From Hemiscyllium ocellatum (Eukaryota), in assembly GCF_020745735.1 (NCBI RefSeq), contig NC_083448.1:19342006-19406005 (forward strand): a DNA stretch of 64,000 nt, read 5' to 3'. The notes beneath the pieces were generated by a model. The model ran no database searches, was not told where the DNA came from, and saw only the letters and a program-made list of their open reading frames with translations. Made by a program: the position numbers and the translations under genes. Below, piece by piece: positions 12,893 to 24,722 of this stretch (its first letter is position 1; every line of letters begins with the position of its first letter).

Positions 12893-13112
12893 AACACGGA
12901 GCAGTTTCTTTGACCAGCAGCCTCAAACAGACTGCCTGCTAAAACCAAATCAAACCAAAACAAAAAAAACTGGGAGAACAGGCCACTCCTCTTTTACTGT
13001 ACAAATGCTTTTTTTTAAAAAAAGAAAACCTTAAAAGCCTTTCGGAAGTACATATTTCCAAACATATCGGAACTCTGCCTTTAAGACCCGTCTGAAAAAG
13101 AAACCAAGGACA
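12518..13112 (-). mobile_element. Solo LTR (~600 bp family) containing a (GT)/(GA) microsatellite
   Basis: TGTTATGG...GGACA termini; internal sequence resembles shark LTRs as I recall them ('aaaagttagggtctgggcta', 'gcctttaaga'); no TSD found. Confidence 0.55.
12829..12888. repeat. (TG)n(AG)n microsatellite
   Basis: Directly visible. Confidence 0.95.
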
Positions 13113-13117
13113 ATATA

Positions 13118-13617
13118 GGGATATTGTGAAACTTGAAAAGGTTCAGAAAAGATTGACAAGGATGTTCCCAGGGTTGGAAGGTTTGAGCACTAGGTAGAAG
13201 CTGAGCAGGCTTGGGCTGTTTTCTCTAGTGTGTCGGAGGCTGAGGGAGGATGTTATAGAAGTTTATAAAATCATGAGCAGTAAAGATAAGGAAAATAGAC
13301 AAGGTCATTTCCCCAGGGTATAGGATCCCAAAATTGGAGAGTAGAGATTTAAAGTGAGAGGGAAAAGATTTAATAGGGACCTAAAGGGCAACTATTTCAT
13401 GCAAAGGGTGGTCTGCACGTGGAATGAGCTGCCGGAGGAAGTGTTTGGAGGTTGGTACAATCACAACATATAAAATGCATCTCAATGGGTATATGAATAG
13501 CAAAAATTTAGAGGGAAATGGGCAAATGGGACTAGATTAGGTTAGTATATCTGGTTGGCATGGACGTGTTGAACTAAAGGGCTTGTTTCCATGCTGAACA
13601 GCTGAATGACTCTATAA
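13118..13617 (+). mobile_element. CR1 3' fragment
   Basis: 'gtgaaacttgaaaaggttcagaaaagattgacaaggatg' through the UTR 'ctaaagggcttgtttccatgctg...gactctat'. Confidence 0.85.
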
Positions 13618-13650
13618 CACATGAGCTATGTTGATTGTGTTTTTTGTATG

Positions 13651-13793
13651 ATTTGGAGATGCCGATGTTGGACTGAGGTGTACGATCGAGCCCTCCACTA
13701 TCACCTGATGAAGGAGCGTCGTTCCGAAAGCGAGTGTGCTTCCAATTAAACCTGTTGGACTATAACCTGGTGTTGTGAGAGTTTTAACTTTGT
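13651..13793 (+). mobile_element. Short PLE terminal-repeat insertion (Neptune family C) with a degenerate hammerhead
   Basis: 'cacCTGATGAaggagcgtcgttccGAAAGCGAgtg...aaacctgttggactataacctggtgttgtg', preceded by a short inverted tail. Confidence 0.8.
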
Positions 13794-14051
13794 TTTTTTA
13801 ATGATTTGTAACACAATCCAATCCACAAGCTTAGAAATGATGAACATGAATAATCATAGAGCTACCTGTGGTCACTTTACATGCAGCATGAAATATATGG
13901 GTGACAGCTTAAATGGGGCACAATGGAAATTTTCAAAGAACCCAGTATATATGTCTTTTTTTCATTCTTCCCTCACGTGCTACGGATGTTGCTGGATAGC
14001 TCAGCATTTATTGACTAAATGGCAGCCCGGAATCAGTTACATTGCTGGACC

Positions 14052-14433
14052 GGGTTGGTGATGATTCGCCACGGCACATTCACCGCTGATGATTACTCAC
14101 TGCCGGTTCACCACCAGCATTTCTCCACTGGGGTCGTTTGACCTCTGAGACAATTCACCACCAGAAATAGATAGATGGACTGATTGTTTTCCCTCCCCCC
14201 TGTTCTTTCATACTTCTCAGTCCCCTGTATTTATACAACAACATCCTACATATTGATAAAAAAAAGGTGAAATAAATATCATTTTATTGGTTTATACATA
14301 AAAATGAGTTACAAATGCTTGCGGTGGCGAATCGTTCTCGGCGGCCAATGGGCGGTGGCAAAGCATCCTTGGCGGTGAAAGGGCAGTGACCAATCAGTGG
14401 CAGCCAATTGGCGGGGCCAATGGTCCCATTCTA
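14052..14433. other. CpG-rich segment, either promoter-like (4 CCAAT, GC boxes, minus-strand TATA and donor) or a non-autonomous DNA transposon
   Basis: Flanked by the direct repeat tgctggacc (14043-14051, 14434-14442); GGTGAA/GGCGAA motifs face outward-symmetrically in the two GC-rich ends around an AT-rich centre. Confidence 0.45.
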
Positions 14434-14459
14434 TGCTGGACCTGGAGTTTTTTACAGGC

Positions 14460-14620
14460 CAGGAGAGATGAGGATAGCAGATTTCCCTATTCTAACGGGC
14501 AGTCTCACCATCTGCCATGGTGGGATTTCAACCCAAGGGCCCAGAACATGATCATGGGCTTCTGGATTGCGAGACCAGTGACATTCGCCCTATGCCACCA
14601 CCTCCCTGATGCTTCATCTT
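14460..14620 (-). mobile_element. tRNA-derived SINE (second family, not HE1), 5' part
   Basis: Reverse complement resembles the head at 63783-64000. Confidence 0.6.
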
Positions 14621-14869
14621 ATTGAAACAGTCAGTCCAGGACACACTGTGTCTAATATCTGAGAGAAAAAGTGTAAGACAGTACTTAGCAACTGTCTGAC
14701 GCAAAACCAGATGGTTTACAAACTTGATGTTAAACTTGACTGTGAGTTAATTTCCAAACATATTTATGCCATCATTAAGTCGGCTTGTTTCCATCACTGT
14801 AACAGCTCCCAAATCCACCTTGTCACAACTTTTCTGTTTTTGAAACCCTTATCCATAGCTCAGTTACCT

Positions 14870-15250
14870 CTTAAAAAAAACTGCAGATGATGAAAATCTG
14901 AAACAAAAGCAGAATGTACTGAATAAACACTGAAGGTCTGAGAGCACTTCTGAAGAAGGAAAAGTGGGGACTGCAGGTGCTGGAGATCAGAGACGAGAGT
15001 GTGGTGCTCGAAAAGGACAATATGTCAGGCAGCATCCTAAGAGCAGGAGAATTGACATTTCAGGCATAAGCTCTTCATCAGGAGTTTCCTGCTCCTTGGA
15101 TGCTGTCTGACCACCACACTCCCAACAGCATCTCTGAAGAGACAGCAGGGTTCACGTTTTGTGTGCAGTGACCTTTCTTCAGAATCATTTTGTTGAAGGG
15201 TCAGTGGAGTAAAACATGGACTCTACTTTCTCTGTACAGCTCCAGATAAC
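14870..15250. mobile_element. PLE-derived short element (family D) with a nested family-B fold-back unit at about 14955-15125
   Basis: 'gatgatgaaaatctgaaacaaaagcagaatg...' is interrupted by 'aaaagtggggactgcaggtgctggag...ctcttcatcagg...'; degenerate duplication agcacttctgaaga/agcatctctgaaga. Confidence 0.6.
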
Positions 15251-15309
15251 CTCGAGGTTTGGCAAGTCTAGAGCTGCCATGGCTAGCTTCCTATAGTTTA
15301 CCATCCATA

Positions 15310-16050
15310 AACATGAAGTAATCTCACATTCTACTGCCTGCGTCACAACTCATACCAAATTCTGTTCATCCCCACTGGCTTCCAGTTAACACCATAATTT
15401 TAAAATTCTCATCCCTGTTTTAAAATCCTCCCGTGGCCTCATGCCTTTTGCAAATCTTATCCAGCTCTGCATGCACCAAGGATCTCTGTGCTCTTGGAGA
15501 ATTGCTGATTCCATCGCTCCAAAATTGCAGGCTATGCCACCAGCTGCTGGGGTCATGAACTCCAAAACCAGCAACAGTCAGCCTTTCCATCTCAACTGTT
15601 TGAATCAGATTTTGGAGCATGTTCCCAAGCTGGGAAGGTGACATTTTAACTAGTCCTTCAGGTTGCACAGAAAAGAACAGACTGAGCAAAATGGTTCAAA
15701 GAGCATTTTTAAAAAAAGTCTCAGTATCCCACGTCATGAGGTTAGGCAAAATGATTGACTTTGATCAATGTCAACTGAAGAGACCTGGACGATGTTCCTC
15801 GATCCAGTATTTAAATTCACTCCTGGAGAAGACCCTGCTATTTGCCTGACTGTGTTGATGTTGAAAATGATGGATGGTTTAAAACCTGCCTGATTTGCAG
15901 AGTTTTCATTGTGTCTTTTGGCACTGCAGTTTTTGGCACTGGTGATATAATTGATTATCATATTAAAAACCTCCATTGACAGAGACCAAAATAAACAATT
16001 AATCATCATGTTTGTGAACCAGGACTCACAGGCACTGCACACTCTGATTT
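15310..16050. mobile_element. Degenerate L2 fragments (plus 15310-15720, minus 15720-16050)
   Basis: L2-like 3' block 'ttttaaaattctcatccctgttttaaaatcc' and an antisense remnant resembling the LLDLSAAFDTVDH region. Confidence 0.5.
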
Positions 16051-17174
16051 AAACAATCATTAGCCTCAAGTTCCAGCAAACAACAACAATATTTTGTTTG
16101 GAAAATACTTGGACTTGCTTCATCACTTTGTCCAATCCAACGTGACAGAAAGAAGCCTTCCAGCACATCAAGGAAGTTAATCAATTAATCTCTTGTAGCC
16201 TTGCTCTTTGCTCATATTGCCCATACGTTTATGGACACATTCCAGACCAGAGCAACTCACTGAGTAAAAAACAAACCTCATCTTTCTTTTGTTTTGTCAA
16301 TTAACTTAGGTCAATTTACTTTGGATCTTTAATCACTGTCAGTGGAAATAGTTTTGCCCTCTTTAGTCTGTCAAATTCCCTCATGACTTTAATGCCTCAA
16401 TTAAATTTCTCCTTCACCTTCACTGCTGTAAGGAAAACAATTTCAACTTACCTTTCTCTGTATCAGGTTGACCTTCAGGTTGTCAATTTTGCAATCACAT
16501 TGTTCCCCTGTAATTGAGTCCTGCTGTAAGGGAGAAGGGGACCTTCCTACCATCTCTAGCTCATGACAGCGATTTGATGTCACCATTTTAAGGAAGAGCA
16601 CAAGAGTTCTCCACAGTGTCTCGGCCAAAACTTATTCCTGAGTCAGCACCAATGAGAACATTTTCTCTGGTCATTCTCCATTGATGGGACAAATTGTCTA
16701 TAAGGTTTTCTGCATGATGTGATAAAATCCATTTTCTTCTGAGTCCATGTATGCTGTGGAAGTTAGCAGCCTTTGGAAACTGGAGCATTCAGGCACATTG
16801 AGGTCTGCTGCTGACAACCTTGGATTCTGCCCAACTGTCAGAGGAGGATATTCTGGAAGCATTTTAACAGGTCATTGAAAGCAGGTCAAGGGTTCATCAG
16901 CCAGTTTTAGTCAGTGACAAACTGAAGCAACTCAAGAAGGTGGTACTGTGCATGTGAAATGTCTCTGTTTACTGTGAGAAGTTGGGGTTCATGGAATTAC
17001 AGGTGCTTTTTGCCATTAATATGATCAACATTTTCAGGATACAGGTGTTAATACTCTAATAGGTTTTACATTTACAGGATGGAGTTATCAGTTCATTGAA
17101 AAGGACTTGAAACTGGCCCGTGCAGATAGGTACTTGAGAATTGTCTGTTTAGTTGAGTGGTTTAGACCAAATGT

Positions 17175-17350
17175 AAAAAGTTAAAAATCACACAACACCA
17201 GATTATAATCCAACAGGTTTATTTGGAAGCACTAGCTTTCGGAGCGCTGCTCCTGAACCACCTGATGAAGGAGCAGCATTCTGAAAGCTAGTGCTTCCAA
17301 ATAAACCTGTTGGATTATAATCTGGTGTTGTGTGATTTTTAACTTTGTAC
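17175..17350. mobile_element. Fold-back mini-PLE (family C): two inverted terminal-repeat arms
   Basis: 17175-17253 is the reverse complement of about 17270-17347; the junction is at the CTGATGA hammerhead box. Confidence 0.85.
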
Positions 17351-17934
17351 ACCCACAGTTAGTGATTGCACACTGTTAACTTCCTTGACTTTGTAAAGTT
17401 CATTTTGTTTGTTCAAACCATGGAATGCGTGGCTTCATTGTCATTTAGCGACCTGGGATCTCTGAACTTGTTAACTTTACACAAAAAAGTTAATGCTTCT
17501 GACCAGAGATGTGACATAATTTGACAATCTCACCTGGATGTACAGCAATGACATCAGTGATTTTTCTTGAAGCACTTCATCAGCTGTGAAGTGTTTTGGG
17601 GGAACACCTGAGGTTAGGAAAGGCACTACTGTCATGTAAGGTCTTACTTTTTAAGATCTTTTCACCGAGTTATCAGGTAACTTTAACATCACTGCTTCTC
17701 ATTTCTTGACTAGATGTTTTCAATAACTTTCACCAAGTGATCACTGCACAGAATTTGTAGGTAGTTCTGCTATGCAGACATATGCTCTCACCTTGATTTC
17801 TTGCTGATGAATCATTGTACATAAAAGCTATAAGTGACATCAAAGTCAATACATGGAATACAGATCTAAGCTAATGTTTGACTCAGCTCCTGAACTTCCT
17901 ACATGTGACCAAAGCAGAGGCAAATTATCTGCAG

Positions 17935-18230
17935 ATATGGAGATGGTGGCATAATAGGAATGTCACTTTACTTGTAATACAGAGCCCAGGCTAATGATCT
18001 GGGTAAATGAGTGTGGCCATAGCATGGAATTAAAACTTAGCCAAATGACAACTATGTAACAATCAGCATTTGTGCTTTAACTACATCTGGTTAACTAATA
18101 TGTATTACTGAAGGAAATCTACCATTCTCACCTGGTCTGGCCAACAGTGACTCCAGTGCAGTATGGTTAACTTTTCGGGATAAGCAAATCACGTTGGACA
18201 AACCAACAATGCTCACTTCCCAAGAACAAG
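17935..18230 (+). mobile_element. tRNA-derived SINE (second family)
   Basis: 'gaaggaaatctaccattctcacctggtctggcc..gtgactccag' core shared with 44350-44945. Confidence 0.65.
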
Positions 18231-19123
18231 GGAAAAAAAACCTTCTTTCTCCTTGAGGCAAGGTTTCTTAATAATTATCCTGACATCTGCAAGCAAATGT
18301 GTCAGTGCAGCCAACAGCCACAGAACAATACAGCACATACGGACGATCACAATATTCCGGCATTTATCCTGTGAATGCTGATATACTGATTTTCACTCAG
18401 TTAGGAAAAATAGTTTTTGTAGAACAGTCGTCCATGGGAAGACATGTCTTGCACTTTCGCTCACTCTTGCATTCCTCAGAACTTTGGACACTTGAATACT
18501 GGTGGCAAAAAAAGCTATGTAGCAATGTTCCACAGAGTTCAGCTCTTGGATCATTGCTGTTAAACATTAACATCCTCCATTTAGCCTGAGAAATTCGAAG
18601 TATAAGAAGTAATCTGAAGTTTATAGATTACACCACATTGGATAAATATGAATGCTATGTGAACACTATTAAACTTGCAAAATGATTTTGAAATTGCTGA
18701 ATAATCACCAATGCAGGTTTGTATTAGGTAGAATATTTTGGTGGGAAGATTAAGGAGGCAACAAGCTGTTGGGAAATTAGTGTCGAAATAGGTTGGAGGT
18801 GCATAGCAATCTGGGACACAAATAATGAAAATTCATCATTCAGGGTAATAAGCTCTTATAAAAATAAATACATTGAAATGGGCTTTATTTCTGGAGCAAT
18901 AGAACTGAGTGGGTGGGGGTGGCTGGGGGAGGTGTTGTTGTGGTTTGAGAATGTTCTTTCGGTAGGTTTAAATTAATTCCGCAGGGGGATGGGAACCAAA
19001 GTCGTAGTTTCAGTATATGGGAGGTTGAGAATGGTGAAGTCAGAACTAAGATTTCAGGATCACAAGAAGACACTGGCAAGTGAGGTGAACTTGCAGCATG
19101 GGTTGGTACCTGGGATTTTGATG

Positions 19124-19360
19124 AGGTAAAAACAATGACTGCGGACGCTGGAAACCAGATTCTGGATTAGAGTGGTGCTGGAAGAGCACAGCAGCTCAGG
19201 CAGCATCTGAGGAGCAGCGAAATCGACGTTTCGGGCATAAGCCCTTCATCAGGAAAGCCCTTCATTCTGATGAAGGGCTTTTGCCCGAAACATCGATTCC
19301 ACTGCTCCTTGGATGCTGCCTGACCTGCTGTGCTCTTCCAGCACCACTCTAATCCAGAAT
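19124..19360. mobile_element. Fold-back mini-PLE (family B) with two opposed hammerhead motifs
   Basis: Inverted arms about 19150-19252 and 19266-19364; flanking direct repeat ctgggattttgatg at 19110-19123 and 19361-19374. Confidence 0.9.
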
Positions 19361-20241
19361 CTGGGATTTTGATGTTGAGGCCATTTCAAAGACATGGTTA
19401 GAGCAGGGGCAGGAATGATTGTTGCAAGTTCCAATATTAAGATGCTTCAGTAAGAGCAGAGAATTTGGTTAAACATGGGAAGGTGAGTCTTTGTTCGTCA
19501 AGGACAGTATAACGGTTGCAGAAGGACATTTGAGGACTCATCTACTGAGGTAGTATGGGTTGAGATTAGAAACAGGAAAGGAGAGGTTACACTGTTGGGA
19601 GTTTTCTATATGCCTCCAAATAGTTCGAGAGATGTAGAGGATAGGATAGAAAAGATGATCCTGATAGGAGCGAGAGTGACAGGGTAGTTGTTATAGGGGC
19701 CTTTAACTTTCCAACTATTGACTGGGAATACGACAGTTCAAGTACTTTAGATGGGTCAGTTGTTGTCCCAATGTGTGCAGGAGGGTTTCCTGACACAGTT
19801 TGTCGATAGGCCAACAAGGAATTTGACTCTGGCAATGAGCCCGGCCAAGTGTTAGATTTGGAGGTCTGTGAGCACTTTGGTGATAGTGACCACAATTCGG
19901 TTATGTTTCCTTTAGTGATGGAATGGCATGGGTAAATACTGTAGGGTAAAGGTTACAGCCTGGGGAAAGGCAATCATGATGCGACTAGGCAAGATTTAGG
20001 ATGCATAAGGTGTGGAAGGAAACTGCAGGGATGGGCACAGTTGAAAGGTGGAACGTATTCAATGAACAGTTACCGCGGTCAGGCAGGCAGAAATCTCTAA
20101 GGCAAAAGTGAAGACTGCAGAAGCTGGAGATTAGACTGGAGGGTGTGGTGCTGGAAAAGCACAGCCAGTCAGGCAGCATCCGAGGAGCAGGTAAATCAAC
20201 GTTTTGGGGAAAAGCCCTCCATCAGGAATGAGGCTGAGAGT

Positions 20242-21149
20242 TCAAAGTTTGGGAGAAGATTTGTAGCTCAGGTGCTCGTTGTTGTGGTTCTGTTCGCCGA
20301 GCTGGGAGTTTGTGTTGCAGACGTATCGTCCCCTGTCTAGGTGACATCCTCAGTGCTTGGGAGCCTCCTGTGAAGCGCTTCTGTGACCTTTCCTCCAGCA
20401 TTTATAGTGGTTTGAATCTGCTGCTTCCGGTTGTCAGTTCCAGCTGTACGCTGCAGTGGTCGGTATATTGGGTCCAGGTCGATGTGTTTATTGATTGAAT
20501 CTGTGGATGAGTGCCATGCCTCTAGGAATTCCCTGGCTGTTCTCTGTTTGGCTTGTCCTATAATAGTAGTGTTGTCCCAGTCGGATTCATGTTGTTTGTC
20601 ATCTGAGTGTGTGGCTACTAAGGATAGCTGGTCGTGTCATTTCGTGCCTAGTTGGTGTTCATGTGTGGCTACTAAGGATAACTGGTCGTGTCATTTCGTG
20701 CCTAGTTGGTGTTCATGTGTGGCTACTAAGGATAACTGGACCAGTTATTCTTAGTAGCCACACATGAACACCAACTAGCCACGAAACGACACGACCAGCA
20801 ATCCTTAGTAGCCACACACGCAGATGACAAGCAACATGAATTCGACTGGGACAACCCTACTGTTATAGGGCAAGCCAAACAGAGAACAGCCAGGGAATTC
20901 CTACAGGCATGGCACTCATCCACAGATTCAATCAACCAGCACAACGACCTGGACCCAATATACCGGCCACTGCAGCAGACAGCTGGAACTGACAACCGGA
21001 AGCAGCAGATTCAAACCACTACAAATGCCGGAGGAAAGATCACAGAAGCGCTTCACAGGAGGCCCCCAAGCACTGAGGATGTCACCTAGACAGGGGACGA
21101 AACGTCTGCAACACAAATTCCCAGCTCGGTGAACAGAACCACAACAATC
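20242..21149. mobile_element. Poseidon-type PLE fold-back palindrome nested in the Neptune element
   Basis: Arms 20279-20739 and 20741-21147 are inverted copies; TSD aggctg(a/g)gagt at 20231-20241 and 21150-21160. Confidence 0.9.
21070..21109 (+). ncRNA. Minimal hammerhead ribozyme motif, core intact
   Basis: gca-CTGAGGA-t-GTCACCT-agac-AGGGGAC-GAAACGTC-tgc. Confidence 0.72.
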
Positions 21150-24019
21150 AGGCTGGGAGTGCTGATAGGTGGTTGGAGGTGGAAGTAATGGTGATAGGTC
21201 AGAGAGGAGGGTGGAGCGGATAGGTGGGAAGGAAGATGGGCAGTTAGGATAGTTCAGAAGGAAGATGCTGAAGTGGAGGTTGGAACTTGGATAAGGTAGG
21301 GGGAGGGGAAATGTGGAAACTAGTGAAATCCACATTGATGCCTTGGCATTGGAAGGTCCTGAGGTAGAAGATGAGGCTTTCTTCCTCCAGGCCTCGGGTG
21401 GTTAGGGAGTGGCAACAAAGGAGGCCCAGGACCTGCATGTCCTTGGTGGAGTGGGAGGGGGAATTGAAGTGTTTGACCACAGGGCGGTGGGGTTGGTTGG
21501 TGCGGGGGCCCCGGACATGTTCTCTGAAGCACTGTGCGAGTAGGCATCCTGCCTCCCCGATGTAGAGGAGACCGCATCGGGAGCAACGGATACAGTAAAT
21601 GACATGTGTGGAAGTGCAGGTAAAACTCTGATGGATGTGTGCGGCTTCCTTGGGGCCTTGAACGGAGGTTGAGGGAAGAGCTGTGTGTGCAGGATTTGCA
21701 ATTCCTGTGATGCCGGGAGAGGAGGGTGGTTTGTTGGGGGGGCGTGGACCTGACCAGGCAGTCGCAGAGGGAACGGTCTTCATGGAAAGTGGATAGGGGT
21801 GGGGAGGGAAATATACCTCTGGTGGTGAGGTCTGTTTGTAGTGGCAGAAATGGCAGAGGAAGATGCGATATATACAGAGGTTGGTGGGGTGGAAAATGAG
21901 CATGGTGGGGATTCTGTACTCGTTGCAGCTGGGTGGGTGGGGTTCGAGGGCAGAGGTGCGGGAAGTGGATGAGACGCATTGGAGGCATCATCAACCAAGT
22001 GGGAGGGGAAATTGTGATCTTTAAAGAAGGAGGTCATCTGGTGTGTTCTGTGGTGGAACTGGTCCTCCTGGGAGCAGATGCAGCAGAGGCGGAGGAATTG
22101 GGAATAAGGGATAGTATATTTACACAAGGCAGGGTGGGAGGAAGTGTAACCCAGGTAGCTGTGGGAGTCAGTGGGTTTGTAGAAGATATCAGTGTTGGGT
22201 CAGTCACCGTTGATGGAGATGGAGAAGTCCAGGAAGGGGAGGGAGGTGTCTGAGATAGTCCAGGTGAACTTAAGGTTGGGGTGGAATGTGTTGGTGAAGC
22301 TGTTGAATTGTTCAACCTCCTCTTGGGAGCACGAGGTGGCGCTGATGGAACCATCAATGTAGCGGAGGAAGAGGTGGGGAGTGGTGTTGGTCTAACTACG
22401 AAAAATAGACCGTTCCATGTACCCCTGGAAGAAGTGGGAGGATTCAAAGGAGAAATTGTTGAGGGTGAGGACAAGTTCGGCCAAATGAATAAGAGTGTCA
22501 GTGGAAGGGTACTGGTGGAGACGTCGGGAGAGGAAGAAATGGAGGGATTGGAGGCCCAGGTCATGGCAGATGGAGGTGAATAGGGACTGGATGTCCATCG
22601 TGAAGATGAGGCATTGGGGTCCAGGGAAACAGAAGTCTTGGAGGAGGTGGAGGGAGTGGGTGGTGTCCTGAATGCACGTGGGGAGTTCCTGGACTAGGGG
22701 GATAGGACAGTATCGAAGTATGTGGAGATGAATTTAGTGGGTCAGGCGCAGATTGAGACAATGGGTTGGCTGGGGTAGTCAGGCTTGTGGATCTGGGTAG
22801 GAGGTAGAACTGGGCGGTGCATAGTTCCTGAACTATAAGATTGGAAGCTATGGAAGCTGTGAGTTGAATCTCTTGTCAAGAGGAAGAAGAAGGCTTATGT
22901 TAGGATGAGATGTGATGGCTCAGTTATGGAGCTTGAGAGTTAAGAGTTAGCCTGAAGAAAGAGCTAAGAAGAGGCAGGAGGAGGCATGAAAAGCTGTTGG
23001 CGTATCGGATCAAGGAAAACCCTAAGGATTCCTACAGGTGTATCAGGAATAAAAGAATGACGAGAGAAAGATTATAGTAGTTGGAAGTTGTGCGTAGAGA
23101 CAGAGGAGATAGGGGAAGTGCTAAATGAATACTTTTTGTCCGCATTCAAACTGAAAAAAGACAATGTGTTTGAGGAGAATACTGAGATGCAGGTTATTAG
23201 ACTAAATGGGACTGAGGTGCTCAAGGAGGAGTTGTTCTGGAAAGTGTAAAAATAGATAAATCCCCTGGTCCGGATGGGATTTATCCTAGGATGCTCTGAG
23301 AAGCCAGGGACGACAATGCAGAGACTTTGGCATTGATCTTTATGTTGTCATTGTCTCCAGGAATAGTGCCAGAAGACTGGAGGATAGCAAATGTTGTTCC
23401 CTTGTTCAAGAAGGGGAGTAGGGACAACCCTGGAAATTATAGACCAGGGAGCCTTACTTTGGTGGTGGGTAAATTGTTGGAAAAGGTTACAAATAGACAG
23501 GATTTACAATCATCTTGAGAGGAATAAGTTGATTCAGAATAGTCAGCATGGTTTTGTGAAGGGTAGGTCATGCCTCACAAGTCTTAATGAGTTCCGTGAG
23601 AAGATGATCAAACTGGTGGATGAGGGTAAATCATTGATGTGGTGTATATGGATTTCAGTAAGGTGTTTGATAAGGTTCCCATGGTAAAATAAGGCATGGA
23701 TTGAGGGTGATTGAGTGGTTTGGATCAGACATTGGTTGAAAGAAGACAGAGGGTGGTGGTTGATGGGAAATATTCATACTGGAGTTCAGTTACTAGTGGT
23801 GTACCACAAGGATCTATTTTGTGTCCACTGTTGTTTATCATTTTTATAAATGACCTAGATGAGGGCATAGAAGGGTGGGTTCGTAAATTTGCAGATGACA
23901 TTAAGGTCGGTAGAATTGTGATAGTGATGAAAGATGTTGTGGGTTACAAAGAGACATGGAAAAGCTGCATAGCTGGGTTGGGAGGTGGTAAATGGAGTTT
24001 AATGCAGAAAAGTGTGAGG

Positions 24020-24722
24020 TCATAGAGTCATAGAGATGTACAGCATGGAAAGAGACCCTTCGGTCCAACTTGTCCATGCTAACTAGATATCTCAACCCAA
24101 CCTAGTCCCACCTGCTAGCACCTATATCCCTCCAAACACTTCCTATTCATATACCCATCCAGATGCCTTTTAAATGTTGCAATTGTACTATCCTCCACCA
24201 CATCCACTGGCAGTTCATTCCATACACATGCCACCCTCTGAGTGAAAAAGTTGCCCCTTAGGTCCCTTTTATATCTTTCCCCCTCACCCTAAAACTATGT
24301 CCTCTAGTTCTGGACTCCCCCACCACAGGGAAAAGACTTTGTCTATTTATCCTATCCATGCCCTAGCCTATTCAACCTCTCCCAATAGCTCAAATCCTCC
24401 AACCCTGGCAACATCCTTGTAAATTTTTTCTGAACTCTTTCAAGTTTCACAACATCCTTCCTATAGGAGGGAGACCAGAACAGCAGGCAATATTCCAACA
24501 GTGGCCTAACCAATGCCATGTACAGCTGCAACATGACCTCCCAATTCCTGTACTCAACACTCTGACCAATAAAGGAAAGCATACCAAACGCCTTCTTCAC
24601 TATCCTATCTACCTGCTACTCCACTTTCAAGGAGCTATGAACCTGCACTCCAAGGTCTCTTTGTTCAGCAACATTCCCTAGGATCTTACCTTTAAGTGTA
24701 GAAGTCCTACTAAGATTTGCTT
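24020..24722 (-). mobile_element. 5'-truncated CR1 inserted antisense into the older CR1
   Basis: ORF 24352-24600(-) 'KKAFGMLSFIGQ..ERVQKKFTRMLPG'; the host reads aagtgtgag[gt]..[gt]gattcactttgg across the insert. Confidence 0.88.

Larger units (their letters stand above)
20095..22856 (-). mobile_element. Neptune-type Penelope-like element (RT C-terminal part, GIY-YIG, terminal repeat), frameshifted
   Basis: 'DIQSLFTSI..LAELVLTLNNFSF' (PLE RT) and 'FTCTSTHVIYCIRCSRCGLLYIGE' (GIY-YIG with Cys-rich linker). Confidence 0.9.

Noticed and set aside
14058-14148. C/D box snoRNA (GTGATGA...CTGA...CTGA)
   Set aside because: Box spacing fits, but I could not identify an rRNA/snRNA antisense guide or a host intron, and the motifs overlap the repeated GGTGAA-type elements.
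20597-20740. CRISPR-like or satellite array
   Set aside because: A single ~54-bp tandem duplication within a PLE arm; no spacers, and the context is eukaryotic.
21244-22761. Long Pro/His-rich ORFs of 100-224 aa as host genes
   Set aside because: They are alternative frames of the C-rich Neptune PLE strand; the real frame gives PLE RT and GIY-YIG motifs.
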